64,000 nucleotides of DNA from Rhizodiscina lignyota. Its lineage: Eukaryota. The stretch is taken from the NCBI GenBank assembly GCA_010015805.1, contig ML978126.1:1-64000 (forward strand), read 5' to 3'. Made by a program: the position numbers and the translations under genes. The notes below the pieces were generated by a model. The model was not told where the DNA came from, did no database searches, and was given only the letters and a program-made list of their open reading frames with translations. Positions 37,442 through 51,051 of the stretch are shown here, piece after piece (position 1 is the first letter of the stretch; the number at the start of each line of letters is the position of its first letter).

Positions 37442-38910
37442 ATGTCCGCCGATTCAAAACAGCTTTCGGACAAGCTCGATGGCGCAACGAAGCAGTCTGG
37501 GGATGCATATCTCGCCTTACCACCTGGAGAATGCTGTATGAAAGGTACGCTTCACGAAGGAGAGCCCCGTGGAAGCTTCGAATCCATTGCCGATGTGGAG
37601 ACGTATATAGTGAAGCCGAAGGATGGAAAGGGCAATGGCAACATCATTCTCTACTATGCGGACGTCTGGGGAATGTTTAAGAATGGATTTCTAATCATGG
37701 ATGGATTTGCGGATGCTGGATATCTCGTTGTTGGCCTCGACTACTTCCGAGGGGTGAGTTTGAAGTAGAAGTGGCAGAGCATTGACCAGTTGCTGAGAGT
37801 CATACAGGACCCGGTCTGGAAACACAGGAAGCACCAAAAAGATACCACGACAGAACCAAACTTTGACTATGAAGCGTGGAAGAGGAAGCACTGGGCTTTT
37901 GCTGCGGAAGCTGTGCCAAAGTGGAACCAGGCCGTCAAGGACAAGTACGGCAATTCTTCAACAAAATACGCCTGCGTTGGGTCAGTACAGTTACTTACCT
38001 TGACAGAGAGTGTGATAAAAGGCTGACTGTGAATTAGATACTGCTTTGGTGCCCCATACGTTTGCGATTCTCTCGCCGACGGCACATGCGCAGCCGGCGC
38101 TTTCGGCCATCCAGCTTTCCTTAAAGAGTCTCACTTCTACAATCTGAAGAGTACGTTGCCATTTCCTTCCAAGCTTCAAATAATTTGCTACTTTCGATAT
38201 TTGTCATGCTTTCCTCTAAACGGCGATAATAGCCTCATCTTTGTGCTGTTCATGCATTTTGCCGCGCTCCTGCGGAGTCTGAAAATTCCAGCATTTCCAA
38301 TTACTGTCTTCCCATTCCTCCCACACTGTCCAGCAGAGCGGACATCTTTTATTGATTTTTTTTGTTTGGGATTCCAACCAGGGTGAAGTGTTTCATAACG
38401 AAGCAGTCAATCTGGGTACCTCTCTCTTCCGTGCCGCCTGAGGCGGCTGAGCAACTCCAAACTGAGCTTGCTTGTGCTATCCCTGCAGTGTCGGCTAGAA
38501 GCTCTGGAATCCTGCTCTGCAATAACTTAATTTTTCCTTTGTTAAAAATTCCCATAGTTTGCTTTGAAGGTTTTTGTGGTCTCCCAGTCTTGCACAAGTT
38601 GCTGACAAACATACCTCCTACAGACCCGCTCTTCCTCTCCTGTGCTGAGATCGACCACACTTTCCCGACAGAATTCCGTAACCGCGCTATTGATATCCTT
38701 AACGCTGAGCATAAGAGGTATTACCTACAGGTCTTCCAGGGCGTCGAGCACGGCTTCGCACTACGCGGAGACCCGAATGATCCTTATGAGCGTAAGTGCT
38801 TAACAAAAGACTTCTATGATTGAATAATGATTGACAAGACTCTAGGATATACCAAGGAGAAGAGCCTTAGCGGCATTGTTGAGTGGTTTGACTTCTGGCT
38901 TTCGCAGTAG
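37442..38910 (+). CDS. Dienelactone hydrolase family protein
   Basis: PPGECCMKGTLHEGEPRG; DGFADAGYLVVGLDYFRGDP; ACVGYCFGAPY nucleophile motif after splicing; CAEIDHTF; FQGVEHGFALRGD; four introns including one of 473 nt. Confidence 0.92.
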
Positions 38911-39866
38911 TGTGCTTGAGTACCCCGACGACCATGGGCTGATTGAAATCGGTTTTGAAGGCTTCCAGTGCGTGGACAGAAAGACATTCGAGATGGATTG
39001 GGGTCCACTTGGCTTTTTCGCGCAAGTTTCGTGAGATTGACATGAGCATTCTGACCGGACATGATTGAACGCATATGGAACGGAACTGTAAGAGAGGAGG
39101 CCTTCATTCATGTATTCGCCACTAGAGAAGTAGACGACAAGTTATATCAATTCAATTGAGAGTAATTGATATAAAATAACATGTAATTTCTAACTTACTT
39201 TGAACCGGCACCAGGACGTGTGCTTCTCAGGGGTAATGTGTCAATGCGATGTTGCTCATCTTTCCATCGTCCTTGAGTCTTGAGGGACCCAACAGCTACT
39301 TTAACTCCCGTGGAGTTAATTGTGCAATGTCCGCTCTTCATAGCGACCTGATGGGACGGAATGACTTGGTAGAGCTGTCGCCGTAAAGAGCTTGTCGTTG
39401 GTAGAGAAAGGCCTGAGTACCAGGGTTAACCGCTATCCAAATGGGGAATGGTGGAGATCAACAGTGGACCGATCTTTTCATGATTCCATTAAGTTTTCCA
39501 CACCACAATGCAGCAAACGAACCGCCTACCTAATCTAGTTGGCAGAGCTGTCCGACTAAAGGCGCATGGCTCAATCATCACTATCGTATATGGTCAATGG
39601 CATGATGGTTGACGTCACAAACTGTTCATTCGCTTCTGGTCGGTCCAATGCTTTCGTTTGAAGCGCGTAGCGAAGGCGTACTTAGGAGTTAAGCTCAAAT
39701 ATGTAACGGTAATGTGGAAGCTGCGCTAGGTATAAAAGTACACCACATTCCTAGCGACGTTTGACTTACCTCAGTAACAGACGCAAGTTCAATGCCTCGC
39801 AACCTCCGATCGAGCCACCAACGATAATCGCCCAAGCCCTCAATAGCAACTGCGGTACGACTGAAG

Positions 39867-40837
39867 ATGCCTTCTGCAGTTGATACATCGAGGGCCCTTA
39901 CATGGCTAGTCACCGGCTGCTCCACCGGCATTGGTAAAGAGATCGTTCTCAGCGCTCTCTCTCGCGGCCATCGAGTCATCGCAACCGGACGAAGTGCCAG
40001 CCGTCTTTCAGACCTCAAAGCTGCTGGTGCAGAAGTTCACGAATTCGATCCGAATGCTCCCCCAGATAAAGTCACCGCCTTTGCAAATAGCATTGTCGAG
40101 CACTATGGTGGGGTAGATGTGTTGGTCAACAACGCTGGATACATGCAGACGGGGACGATTGAAGAAACTACACCGGAGCAGCTGGTCCAACAATATCACA
40201 CCAATGTATTCGCGCCTATCCACCTCACGAAGGCATTCTTGCCATCTATGCGGGCTAGGCGCAGTGGAACGGTATTCATGATTGGCAGCATTGCAGCATA
40301 CCAATTCCTGCCAGCCGCTGGCATCTACGATTCTTCAAAAGCAGCTCTGAAAGGTACACATCAAAGATACTTTGTTCTACGAAAGCATGACTGACGTGGG
40401 TTGCTTTGACAGGGCTTACACACTCTCTCGCTGCCGAAGTGAAGCACTTGGGTATTAGCGTTTGTCACATCGAGCCTGGCCTCTTCCGCACAGCTGTTTT
40501 CGAGTCGTTCTCGAGCAAACAGCCTTCCTCTCACGAGGCCAAAGGACATGAGCAGGAAGAAGAAGGACTTATCAAAGACTACGCGGCAGTTCGTGAGCAG
40601 ACTATTGGCTTCTTCCAGTCAACCCACGAGAATCAACCAGGAGATCCCGCCAGGCTTGGAAAGCTTCTCGTTGACCTTGTAACAGGAGAAGGCCAAGTTG
40701 GAGCGATGGGGTTTCCGGAAGCATTGTCTGTGGGAAGCGACTGCGTTGCTATCATGCAAAAATTGCTGAAGAACGATTTGCAGAGAGTGGAGGCGTGGAA
40801 GGCTATTAGCGAGTCTACTGACTTTCCGAAGGCGTAG
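39867..40837 (+). CDS. Short-chain dehydrogenase/reductase
   Basis: WLVTGCSTGIG, VDVLVNNAG, YDSSKAAL, IEPGLFRT, QPGDPARL; one intron. Confidence 0.92.
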
Positions 40838-41565
40838 TGTTTTAAGTGTACAAAGGTCATAGGCTTTGGAGTTTAGAGGTGCGATAATTGATTTGGGTCG
40901 TCTTGTGAAATAAGTCAAGGGTTGTTTCATGTGCATCTCGTCTTAATCCTCCTTCCAGTACAAGCTGAATTCCTCCTTTCATGTCCTTTCAGATATGCCA
41001 TGCTCCGAACATTAATAATGGACGATCAGTGCATGCCATTGGTAGCATAAATAGATCACTCTCAATTCCATATTAATCGTTTAGGCTGAATTGATCATCT
41101 CTTCCGACATCGAGACTGCGGACGGTTTAACTGAATGCAAATTATCTGCTGGTTTTGGATCGGTAAAAGCTCTGAATACAGTGAACCTACAACACCCATA
41201 AAATCTTTATTTACATATCTTTCGAAATATCTACCTACTTGTGGTCGTTTAGCCGTTGCCAAGCGCCCTGTGACGCTGATCCTACTTCTAAGGTTCCTCA
41301 GCACCAATATATGCGACAGGCTTCTCGGCGTCTTGGTTGGCCTCTAGTTGATAGAAATATTTAAGAAGCGGACTTGACCAGCCTTGAGCTCCCAGGAAAC
41401 CGAAAGTTGACTATCTGGATGTAAAAATGTCAGCGAATAAGCGGTTCGGATCCTAGCCGCCATGGCTGCTCGCCAGCCGCCGCCATGGCTCTATCGCGCG
41501 ACAACGTTGCAGAGGCAAATTTGAGTACATTCATCTAGACAGCAAAAATAAGGCCAGGACGCACA

Positions 41566-42615
41566 ATGGGCTCCTCAACACATCACACAATTGTCGCCCT
41601 TGAGACGCATTTCTGTCCTATTCCAAAAATCGAATTACCGTCTCCGTTCACTTTCGACTTGATTGAGTACGATCGAACGCCTATATCAGAAATTCAAGCC
41701 CGCATTGCAGACGCCACAATCCTTATCACGACAATCATCCCTCTCACCGCGGAGACGCTATCCGAAGAATGCTGTCCACGTTTGGAATTCATCTCTGTTA
41801 TGGCAGTGGGTACGGATACGATTGACCTGGCAGCATGTAAAAAGAGGGGGATTGTTGTTTCTAACTGCAGTGGTGCCAATGTAATTCCTTGCGCGGAGCA
41901 TGCCATCTCATCGTATTTTGGGCTTAGAAGGAGATTGATTTTGAGCTATCTGGGCATGCGGGCAAACGGCTGGGTTGAGAAAGGCTCGCTGCTTTCCTTA
42001 GTAAGGGATGGTGACGACAAAGCTCCTATAACTTGTTCCGACGAGACAATGGGTATCGTTGGATTTGGTCAAATTGGTTCGTGTCTCAGGTTACTCAAAA
42101 TAACACTACGATTGACATGACTACCAGGCAAGCGGGTCGCGTTAATAGCTCAATCGCTGGGGATGAAAGTCCTTGTTGCTGACCGGAAGGCCAATCATGC
42201 AATAGTGGACGGTCGAGTATCGTTTCGAGAGGTGGTCAAGGAGTCCACTATCATCGTCCTTACCCTTCCAAGGTCACCAGAGACAATGAACCTGTTTTCG
42301 ACGGCGGAGTTCAACGAGATGCGGCGCCACGCACTACTCGTGAATATTTCTCGCGGCGGCATTGTCGACGAAGAGGCCTTGTTGAAGGCTCTTCGAGAAA
42401 AACAGATCGCTGGAGCCGCCGTTGACGTCTTCGTCAAAGAGCCTGCCGGCCCGGAAACATCAGTCCTCTTGAGAGCAGAAAACGAAGACCTCAACTTTAT
42501 AGCAACGCCACACACGGCTTGGTATGCCGAGCAGACATTCGTCAACTACCAGAATATGATCCATGAAGACATTGTTGCTTGGTGCCTCGGTAAGCCTGTC
42601 AGAGTTGTGGTGTGA
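41566..42615 (+). CDS. D-isomer-specific 2-hydroxyacid (glycerate-type) dehydrogenase
   Basis: MAVGTDTIDL, GIVGFGQIGK (spliced), LLVNISRGGIVDEEAL, GAAVDVFVKEP, ATPHTAW. Confidence 0.92.
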
Positions 42616-43407
42616 GATTGTCATTTTGCAACATCATCTAGCGAACAAATAGACAGATGCTTAGCTCATCCTAGAATATAGATATTAGTTAACACGAAGT
42701 CAAAGAATAGCAGACAATCATCGACTGAAGGCCATATTCAGAGACTGAGGGACAGAGCCTTCAGACTCTTCCGACCCTGTGTGAGATGCTGAACCAATCA
42801 AGCCTCGCATTCAAATCTCTAGGTTCAGCAGCAAACTGTAACAAATCTCAGTAACCTTCATGTGAGAATGACAGATTTTCAGGATTGCGAGAGTTCGGCA
42901 AGATGGGATTCCGAGTCCCTACGAGTGCCTTTAATTCTAACTTTTAAGCTTAAAGCGCCACATACGCACAGACATTACGGAAGGATCGTACTCCTTTATT
43001 CAGGGGCACAATTCCAAGCACTTTATCGTTTGTGCTTGACCCGAGGTAGAAAACGTTCGAGTATACGAAGAATTTTCTTGCTCAATGAGCCGTTTTTGAC
43101 AATGGAGAGGCGCCTAGGTCCAGACGCGTTATTTTCTTCGACGACCCCTGTTCTACGCAGAGAGGCATCCAATTCCAGCCGTTTCACCTTCAACGACGCT
43201 CACAATACGCTTGCAAAGACGTTACAATTTTAACACTGCCTGTGTACATTTGTTATTTCTATATACAAACGAGCGTGATTCCCTAAAGCCTGAGCACAGC
43301 TGACCTGTTCCAGTATATAAACATTTTCTCCCAATATCCTGAATTATTTCCTTCGTCCGTCGGCATCTGCGCCATCAATCAACGCGATCACCAAGCGAAA
43401 CCGTGTC

Positions 43408-44054
43408 TTAAGCTGGTAGCACGTTCTTTTGGTATTCCCCTGCGTAGTTGCCCGGCGTACTGTATTCGCACATGAAGATTGCCTGGCCGCTGCAAGCAAC
43501 ATTGTTCCAGGCGCAACCAACCTTGCTGGTAGACTTCCACACGAATTGAGTAAAGTGACCGGTATTTTCGGCAAAACCTGGCTTGTTGTAGTCGTAGTTC
43601 TTCACTTCGTAGACCCATGCGTTGAGACCATTGATGGTCGCGTCAGTCCACGATCCAGTGGGACCTGGCATGATCGCATATATGTTCTCTCCATACGGGC
43701 CACCCTGTGAAAGAGTTAGCGCTGTTGAATGATAAAGTCATGTTGGCGGCCTACGCTATGCTGGAACACACACTTATTCACCCACGTCTGCGCGTACGAG
43801 GCCAGCCCATTATCCCAGCCCAGATCAGGTGCGTGATGATACTTGCGGTGCTTGTTATGGACCGCCAAGATAGTCTCGCGAAGGTCCTGGCTGTCTGAAG
43901 TAGAGGGGCCAGTCGCGCGCTTGAATAGAGAAGTCTCAACTTCTGTTGCGTTATAGTCTGCTAAGACCGGTACCTCAGTCGGAGCTGCGACGACCATACT
44001 CAATAAGAGAATGGTAGCAGTTGGGCCGAACTTGAAGATGGAATTGACCAGCAT
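43408..44054 (-). CDS. Secreted CAP/SCP (PR-1-like) protein
   Basis: Signal peptide and LFKR pro-region; HNKHRKYHHAPDLGWD; FQHSGGPYGENI; TGHFTQFVWKSTSKVGCA; CEYSTPGNY; one intron. Confidence 0.93.
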
Positions 44055-45259
44055 TTTGAAAACCGCGTCTGAACGCCTCGTAAAGAAGTAAAGCTCCGAA
44101 ATTGAGCGTACTTCCTGCCATTCGTAGTATCTCTCTGTATAAATATTGGTTGATTAGAGCACGAAAGTCACCGAGTCAAAGGAAATAGACGGAGCCTCTA
44201 TCCCTGCTCAGGCCTGAGAGAGTGGCCGGAAGGACGACATGTCTTGCTCAATGAAAGACTTCGATCCAGAGGTCTGGCCATGTTGGATCGCCACAACGGT
44301 GTAACAAAGAACTTCTGTGCAGATCGAGTTCAAGCCACGAGGTGGAAAACAGATGGAGAGCGGATGCAGAAAATAAGGAAAGGACAGAAAAGAACAGAGG
44401 CGAGACAATAATTAACCCGTTGGGGCTCCCATGAGCGAGAAAGGCCGTTTCAGGCATCGTTGTGGCTGTAGACTCTCTAACGCAACATAGATACTAACTC
44501 GAAGCCAGGATCAAATATGCCGTGAAGAGTTATGTGCGCTTGTGCGAATGGAGGGCGAGGCTGTCGAAACTTGATTTTCTGTGCTGCTTCAATCGCATTT
44601 GCTTCTGTATCTTGTCACATCGACTCTCTCTTCTGCCGTCTACTGATAAGCCTGATCGATTGATAAAAGCAACAATTCTTTTACGAATGCGGGTGTCTCG
44701 AATCTCGGTCTGGCTATGCTGGAGTCGTACTTTGCTCGCGTCAGCTGAGAGTCGACGGTTTGCGAAGTACCGAGGAAGGCGGTCAAGAACAAAGAAGGCT
44801 ATGCTCTGCCAAGCTAGAGGAGCTCATATGGGCAAATGCTAACATCCGAGACACTCAGTTGTGTTTGGTCAATGTACAGTAGCAGCGAGGAGGAATGATG
44901 ATGTTCAAGGTGGGAACCCTGGATTTGGTGAAGTTTTTAGGATTTGGGATATTGCCTGTTAAAGGCTAGCGTAGCGTATTCCTTTTTCAGAGTACCGCGG
45001 CGCCCTTTCCTATTTTCACTTTCATTTCCTCCCCGGTCAAAAATCCTTCGTCAAGACAACTCCCACGTCCCTTTTGCTCTTCCACTTGATCTTTAACAAG
45101 CATGAAGATGTGCTCTAGTCCCGCTACAGATTGATATTCGTCTACAGTACAGCAACACTGTTGAAAGGGTCCTTTATCAGACCGTGGTACCGCTCATTCA
45201 AAAGCAGGCCAAGTTGGATAAAGATGAATTTCTTTCATTGCTATCTTGAACACCCGAAG

Positions 45260-47120
45260 TTACAATTTGCTAGACTTCTGCGAAGGCTTTAGTGCATCAG
45301 CGATTATGCTGGTAAGCCCGATGATCTCTTCTTCCCTGAAGCGACGACAAACGAGCTGCACGGTAATTGGTGCACCTGCAAAATCGGCTGGGTTATCTGC
45401 CCAACTGTCAGTTCGGTTGCTAGCCAGCGGCACTAAATGCTGTAACTCACAGTATGCCTGATTTCGAGCGTCCTCCGGCCCTGCTGCCTTGAAAGCTGAG
45501 TCAACTGGATCTAACGCCGGGTCAACAGCTGATCCAACTGGGATGATCATTGCTGGATAATCGATCATGTTGAATGTACTCGTATACCCAATATTGCTTC
45601 ACCAGTGTTAGCGTCCACGTTGGTATTGGGGGATCAGGTTGTCATTTTACCCTGGCCACTCCCCATGCTTATGAGCTACATGCGGGCTTGGAGGAAGCAA
45701 AAGCCCGTCGATCGGCAGCCCGGTGCTGGTTTTCCCTGCGGTTGCATTCCAAGCCTTCAACCATGCATCCTGAACCTCGTATTTCTCAAGGTTCAATTGC
45801 CAACTCTCATAGACGCTCAAATGTGGTGCGTCCGCAGCTGTTACAATCAGAGGATGGCGAGGCTCGCCTGATGAAGCAAAGGTCCGATTCAAATCTTCAT
45901 TCCCGTCCGATGAGTAGATACGAGTAACGATGTCTTCTGCTTTCTTGGCGTCAAAGGGGCAAGCAAAATCGATGACCTCGAATCCGGCCTTCTTAAGAGC
46001 TGAAACGGCCGAATCGATGCCACGTCGGACAGGAGGCCAAGGCTTGACAAAGCCATCCCAAGACATGACGCCAAATGCAGGCTTTCTTTGTGTACCATCA
46101 GGGCTCTTCAGGTGCTCCAGATCTTCCATATGTTGCCGCCATGGAATTTCTGGGGTCTTTGGGTCAAGAAGCCACGGCTCAGCTGCGAGAACAGCCTTTG
46201 TGAAAGCGGATATGCCGGAAACAGAATGTGATATGGGACCAAGACAAGATGCCACCGACTCTAGGCCTAAGAGCGTGTTCCGAGCTTTGGCATACGGGAA
46301 TCTGTGAAGAGTTGGTTTGAGACCGAACAGTCCGTTGTATGCTGCCGGAATTCTAACGGATCCTCCAAGATCGGTACCCACGCCAATAACACTGCCATTC
46401 ATCGCAACAAGAGCGCCTTCGCCACCACTGGAGCCTCCGCACGTAAGTGTGCGCTTGGAAGGGTTTGTTGTTCTACCGTACACATAGTTCTCAGACTCTC
46501 CAAACATCAGTCCCTGTGGTACATTCGTTCGACAATGAAGGATGGCTCCGGCATCAAGTAATATATCGACCAAGACAGAGTTCTCTGAGCTGATCTGTCC
46601 TATCCAGGACGCGATACCAAGATTACATTCAGTGCCTTTGATCTGAAACTGGTCTTTCAGCGAGATGGGCAACCCAAAGAGAGGACCAGTTGGTTTCCCG
46701 GTCTTTGCGTAAATGTCGTCGAGTTCCTTGGCTCTTTCAATTGCCTGTGTGAAGAAGATCTCGGTCAAGCAATTTGTGACCTGGTGAGCTACAGCTGCAG
46801 CTTTGCAAAACGCAGTAGCCACTGCCACGCAGCTGAGCTTGCCACTTGTTGTTGCACGCAGAATATCCATGGCATCTTTGGAGATAATTGAAAGCTCATC
46901 CTGGTCGAGGAGCCCACACGATGCTGTGAACTCAATCACCCGATCATCACTCTGCGCTGGCAATTTGTCGGCGGGGATGCGCCATTCGGATGGAATCCGC
47001 TCTAATTGCCTTCAGTGATGCTGATATCTACACTTCAGGAGTAAGAACGATGTTACCAAGTTGCTCCGCATTCTTTTTCTCAATCGCAGCCGCAAAATCC
47101 GCGGCGGTTTTACTGCCCAT
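45260..47120 (-). CDS. Amidase-signature enzyme (acetamidase/general amidase) with PTS1 (-SKL)
   Basis: GPLFGLPISLKD, GGSSGGEGA and GTDLGGSVRIPAA (Ser-cisSer-Lys triad motifs); C-terminus KPSQKSSKL. Confidence 0.93.
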
Positions 47121-47955
47121 TCTTTAATGTTATCTGCCTGTAGGCGTCCTGACTCTATCATAAATTCTCCACGAATCCAAACAATTCAAACCAACGATTA
47201 AATCGCTAACTTTGAGTATGTAACAGAAGGTCTCCAGATAGGATCCGCACCCCCGCGCTGTAGCGAAAACCCACGGGTATTTAGCGCGTGTCGCTTCCTC
47301 TTACAATTGCGAGCTCGGCCTTGTTCGATACGCAAGCTGCAAGTCTAGCTGGTACCATGGGATATAGTCAATAACGTGCCGAATACCGAGCAACTCTCCT
47401 TCCCATGAGAGTTGAAGGATGCTGTTGATATCGCCAGGCCCAAAACGGTATCTCGGATACATGCACCCGCTCCTTATCAAACTCTTAGCGCGGAGTAACG
47501 CGCTTTTCTACTGACAACCTCTCCATGATCCTGTTCGCTGTTGAACATCACCTGAATAATGTCCCACAGGCTTCGACAGATCGTGCTCGATGAGAACGGG
47601 TATAATTCCCTCCAGCATTGTCCAAATCCGCATGTGAAGTGCATTAGAAGTTGTGGACGATAAGACAGAATTCGCGCGATTGTCGCAAGGTTGGGAGACA
47701 TGAGTCGAAGGACAATGAGGTTGGATACCCGAGATCCCGTACCACGGCCAGGGAAACGTGCATGTCGCAGTTCATGGAATGATGATCTTGGACTGGATTT
47801 GTATGAACGTATCAGTATCTGGTTTCCGGGTCTTTCTAATCGTTTAAGTTTTGACTGAATCCTGGATCTACCAATAAGTTCAGCACTCACATTGCCTTGA
47901 TTTTTCTCAACTCCTTCTAATAGCTGTCTTATCCTGAGATTCAAACTGCATTAAA

Positions 47956-49618
47956 ATGGACACCAAGGAAGTATATGACGGCAAGGAGGTCGCTATTGTC
48001 TCTTCCCCTAGCGAGGGCAGCAGAGAGGTAGTAAGCGATGTGGAAGAAGGCGAAGTCTTTGCAACTGGTGCGGATGGTGTCAACTTCCGCACCGTTGGTT
48101 GGATAAGAGCAGCCATATTTTTCTTGAAGATGACATTCGCCGCTGGTGTACTGTCTATCCCTTCTGCACTTTATTCGTTAGGAGCAGTAGCTGGCGCACT
48201 GTTCATTGCGTTCTGGGGCATATTGAATACCTGTCCGTCTCCCTCTCGGTCTCCGCCTTTGAGTCCACACTGACCAGACATTTCATAGATATGGCTTGTC
48301 TTCAAGGCGAATTCAAACTCCATCATCGCTCAGTACATACTGTAGCCGATGGTGCATAGTAAGCCATGGTCCTCTCACTGCTATGCTCCTCACGCTTATC
48401 TCTTACTCCAGCATTATAACGATGCAGTGGAGTAGCAATAATGTCAAACTCGCATCGACTATGCGAGAGATCACTGAATTTTTCTACATATTCACGTGGA
48501 TAATCTGCGCGGGAGTTTCCACTCTGGGCTTATCAATCGCTCTCAATGCAGTCTCGAAGCATGCAACCTGCAGCGTCGTTTTCGGCTTCGTAGCGTACTT
48601 CATCATCGCGTCCGTCGCTTCTATTCGGAAGATCCACAAGCTCGCATGGGTAACGTGGGTTGGATTTGGTTCGATTGTTACTGCAATCCTGATCGTTGTC
48701 ATCGCGGTTACGATTCCGGACCGACCTGCTGCAGCGCCTCAAACAGGCGACTTTGACTTGGGCTTCTCAGCCTCTCCTCCAAAAGGCACAACATTCGCTG
48801 CTGCTTGGGCAGCTAGCTTAGCAATCTTCTCCAGCAGTGCAAACACCTCCGGCTTCGTTCCAGTCATAAGCGAAATGAAGCGACCACAAGATTACTTCAA
48901 GAGTTTGTATGCTTGCATGATTTGGATCACAAGTTCATACCTCGCACTCGCCATAACTGTCTATGCCTACTGCGGTAAATGGGTTGCCTCTCCAGCGTTG
49001 GGCAGTGCCGGCCCGACAATTAAGATTATCTCATATGGGATCGCCATCCCAGGTATGTATCCAATGTGCGTACGCCAGAGAATAGAGTCAATTATCTAAT
49101 GCTACGCAGGTCTCATTGCAGGAGCTATGATCTGCGTACACATCGCCGGCAAATCCTTATTCGTCCGCATCCTCCGTAATACGCATCATCTCACGAACAA
49201 TACAAAAACGCATTGGGCAGTGTGGTTATCTTGTACATATGGTACTGGCTTACTCGGTTGGATCCTCTCCGAGGCCATTCCATTCTTCAGCTCTCTCGTG
49301 AGCCTCATTGGTGCTCTCGGCTTCGCGCCGTTAGGCATCTGTCTCCCAACACTGTTCTGGTTCAGCCTTCATCCCCAGGCTCTCAAAGGCCCAATGAAGA
49401 TGAAGGTTCAGTGGTTCTTCCACATCGCATTATTTGTACTTGGACTGTTCACCCTGTTCGCTGGAACCTAGTGAGTTTCTTCTTTCCCAGTCAGCCAGAC
49501 CGAACGTTCACTGACACCGAATAGTGCAAATATCAAGAATATCATCGATCAGTACAAAGCCCATCTCGTAGGAACTGCATTCCAATGTGCAGACAACAGT
49601 GGAACTGTAGCAACTTGA
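47956..49618 (+). CDS. AAAP-family neutral amino acid transporter (Mtr-like)
   Basis: VNFRTVGWIRAAIFFLKMTFAAGVLSIP; ISEMKRPQDY; VASPALGSAG; SEAIPFFSSLVSLIGA; multiple TM segments and introns. Confidence 0.9.
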
Positions 49619-49826
49619 GTTTATTCCCTGGTGGAGACAAATTCTTCAGAAAGCAATCAGCTTATTTCACCTATGCGATATTTTGTGGATAGACTGGAAA
49701 TAGAGGCACATTTTTAGAAGGAATTTTTGTCAGATGGGGGGCTCGGGGGTTTTAACCGCTTTGAGACATCTCACGAGTCTTCAAAGAACGTCACAAGTTT
49801 CTTTCCCCTGAACTTCAACTTTTCCT

Positions 49827-50439
49827 TCAATGAATGCAAACACGCTCGTGATGAGATTTTGAGTATTTCCCATCTACTTTCAACTCCACATACATTGAAA
49901 GTTCCACAGTCAATCCATGTTTTACCTCATCATGCGACATACTCTCTTCTTCGATTTCAAGGGAATTGGGTTGAGGATAACCACCGCCTCTATCAATATC
50001 GCGAGGAGGCAGAGAACTGTTATCCACATCGATGGAACCGCGTTCTTCAGTTTGAGCGGGAGCGCGGGGCGATAGAGAATGGCTTTCAGACTTGATGTGA
50101 CCTGGTTGGGAGTGAGACCGGATGGCTAACTTATCGAACATACTACGTACTAACCGGACACCCTTGGCCTTGGATTCTATGACACCATCGCCTCGTGAAG
50201 CTTCAAGGTCGTTGTTCTGGTTAGCCTTGAGCTTTTCGGCACGAATCTTTTTCAGCCTGTCCATTGTCAGCATGGCCACAAAGAGTACAACGCTGACTCA
50301 CTTTGACATCCATTTAGAGTGCATAGCTCGCGTCCAGATGAGTCTTGAGGCAGTACGCTTCCTGATGTAGAGTTTCAGCATCTGTTGATAAATATGGGAG
50401 CAATCCGCGAACTCACTTCCTTCTTTCTTTCGTAGCCAT
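49827..50439 (-). CDS. Hypothetical hydrophilic protein (possibly spliced)
   Basis: 150-codon ORF plus upstream candidate mini-exons with GTGAGT donors; no recognisable motif. Confidence 0.3.
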
Positions 50440-51051
50440 TGCTGAGTTGGAACGACCGAACTCATTCGCAGTAGAGCACGTAGATAAATGATTCAGGCAA
50501 CTGAATGGAGGAAATTTGTTTGATTGCCTGAAGGCCTGAAGATGGAGAACGTTGAAGTTGAGCGAGGAGAAGACATGGAAGGCAACCCAATCGTGCCTGC
50601 CCCTTCAGGGTGCAGATGATCTCCAGATTAATGCCTACATGGCAACATCCATACAGTACACTTCAACATCTACTTACAGGCTTGGATCATTTATTAGCAG
50701 ATGCCTCGTTGAATTGGCCGTAACGCCTCGGAAACATTGTCACCGCCATAGCCTACGGGCAACCCACACGTACACTAGATACGACGAAGTTCCAACCAGT
50801 TCAACGTCCTCTTTCAATACTCCCACAACGCCCATTTGCCCTCATGCGAACGGGTATTGACAAAAGAGAAGCCTGTCTTCTCGGGGTTTCTCTTTCAATT
50901 GGCGTAGCAAGTCCGCTGCAGCTAGCGGAGTTGCGCGCTCCCGCGGCCGCTTTTCCGGCATCTCAATGAGCGAAAAGCACCAGTCACTGATATCAACATC
51001 TTTAATATTGATGCGAAGACTGGGATAAATCTGAAACATTTATTATTCACG

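Noticed and set aside
41441..41490. Short repeat gccgccatggct x2 and a ggttcg hairpin resembling a tRNA T-arm
   Set aside because: No cloverleaf or A-box can be built; at most a promoter motif.
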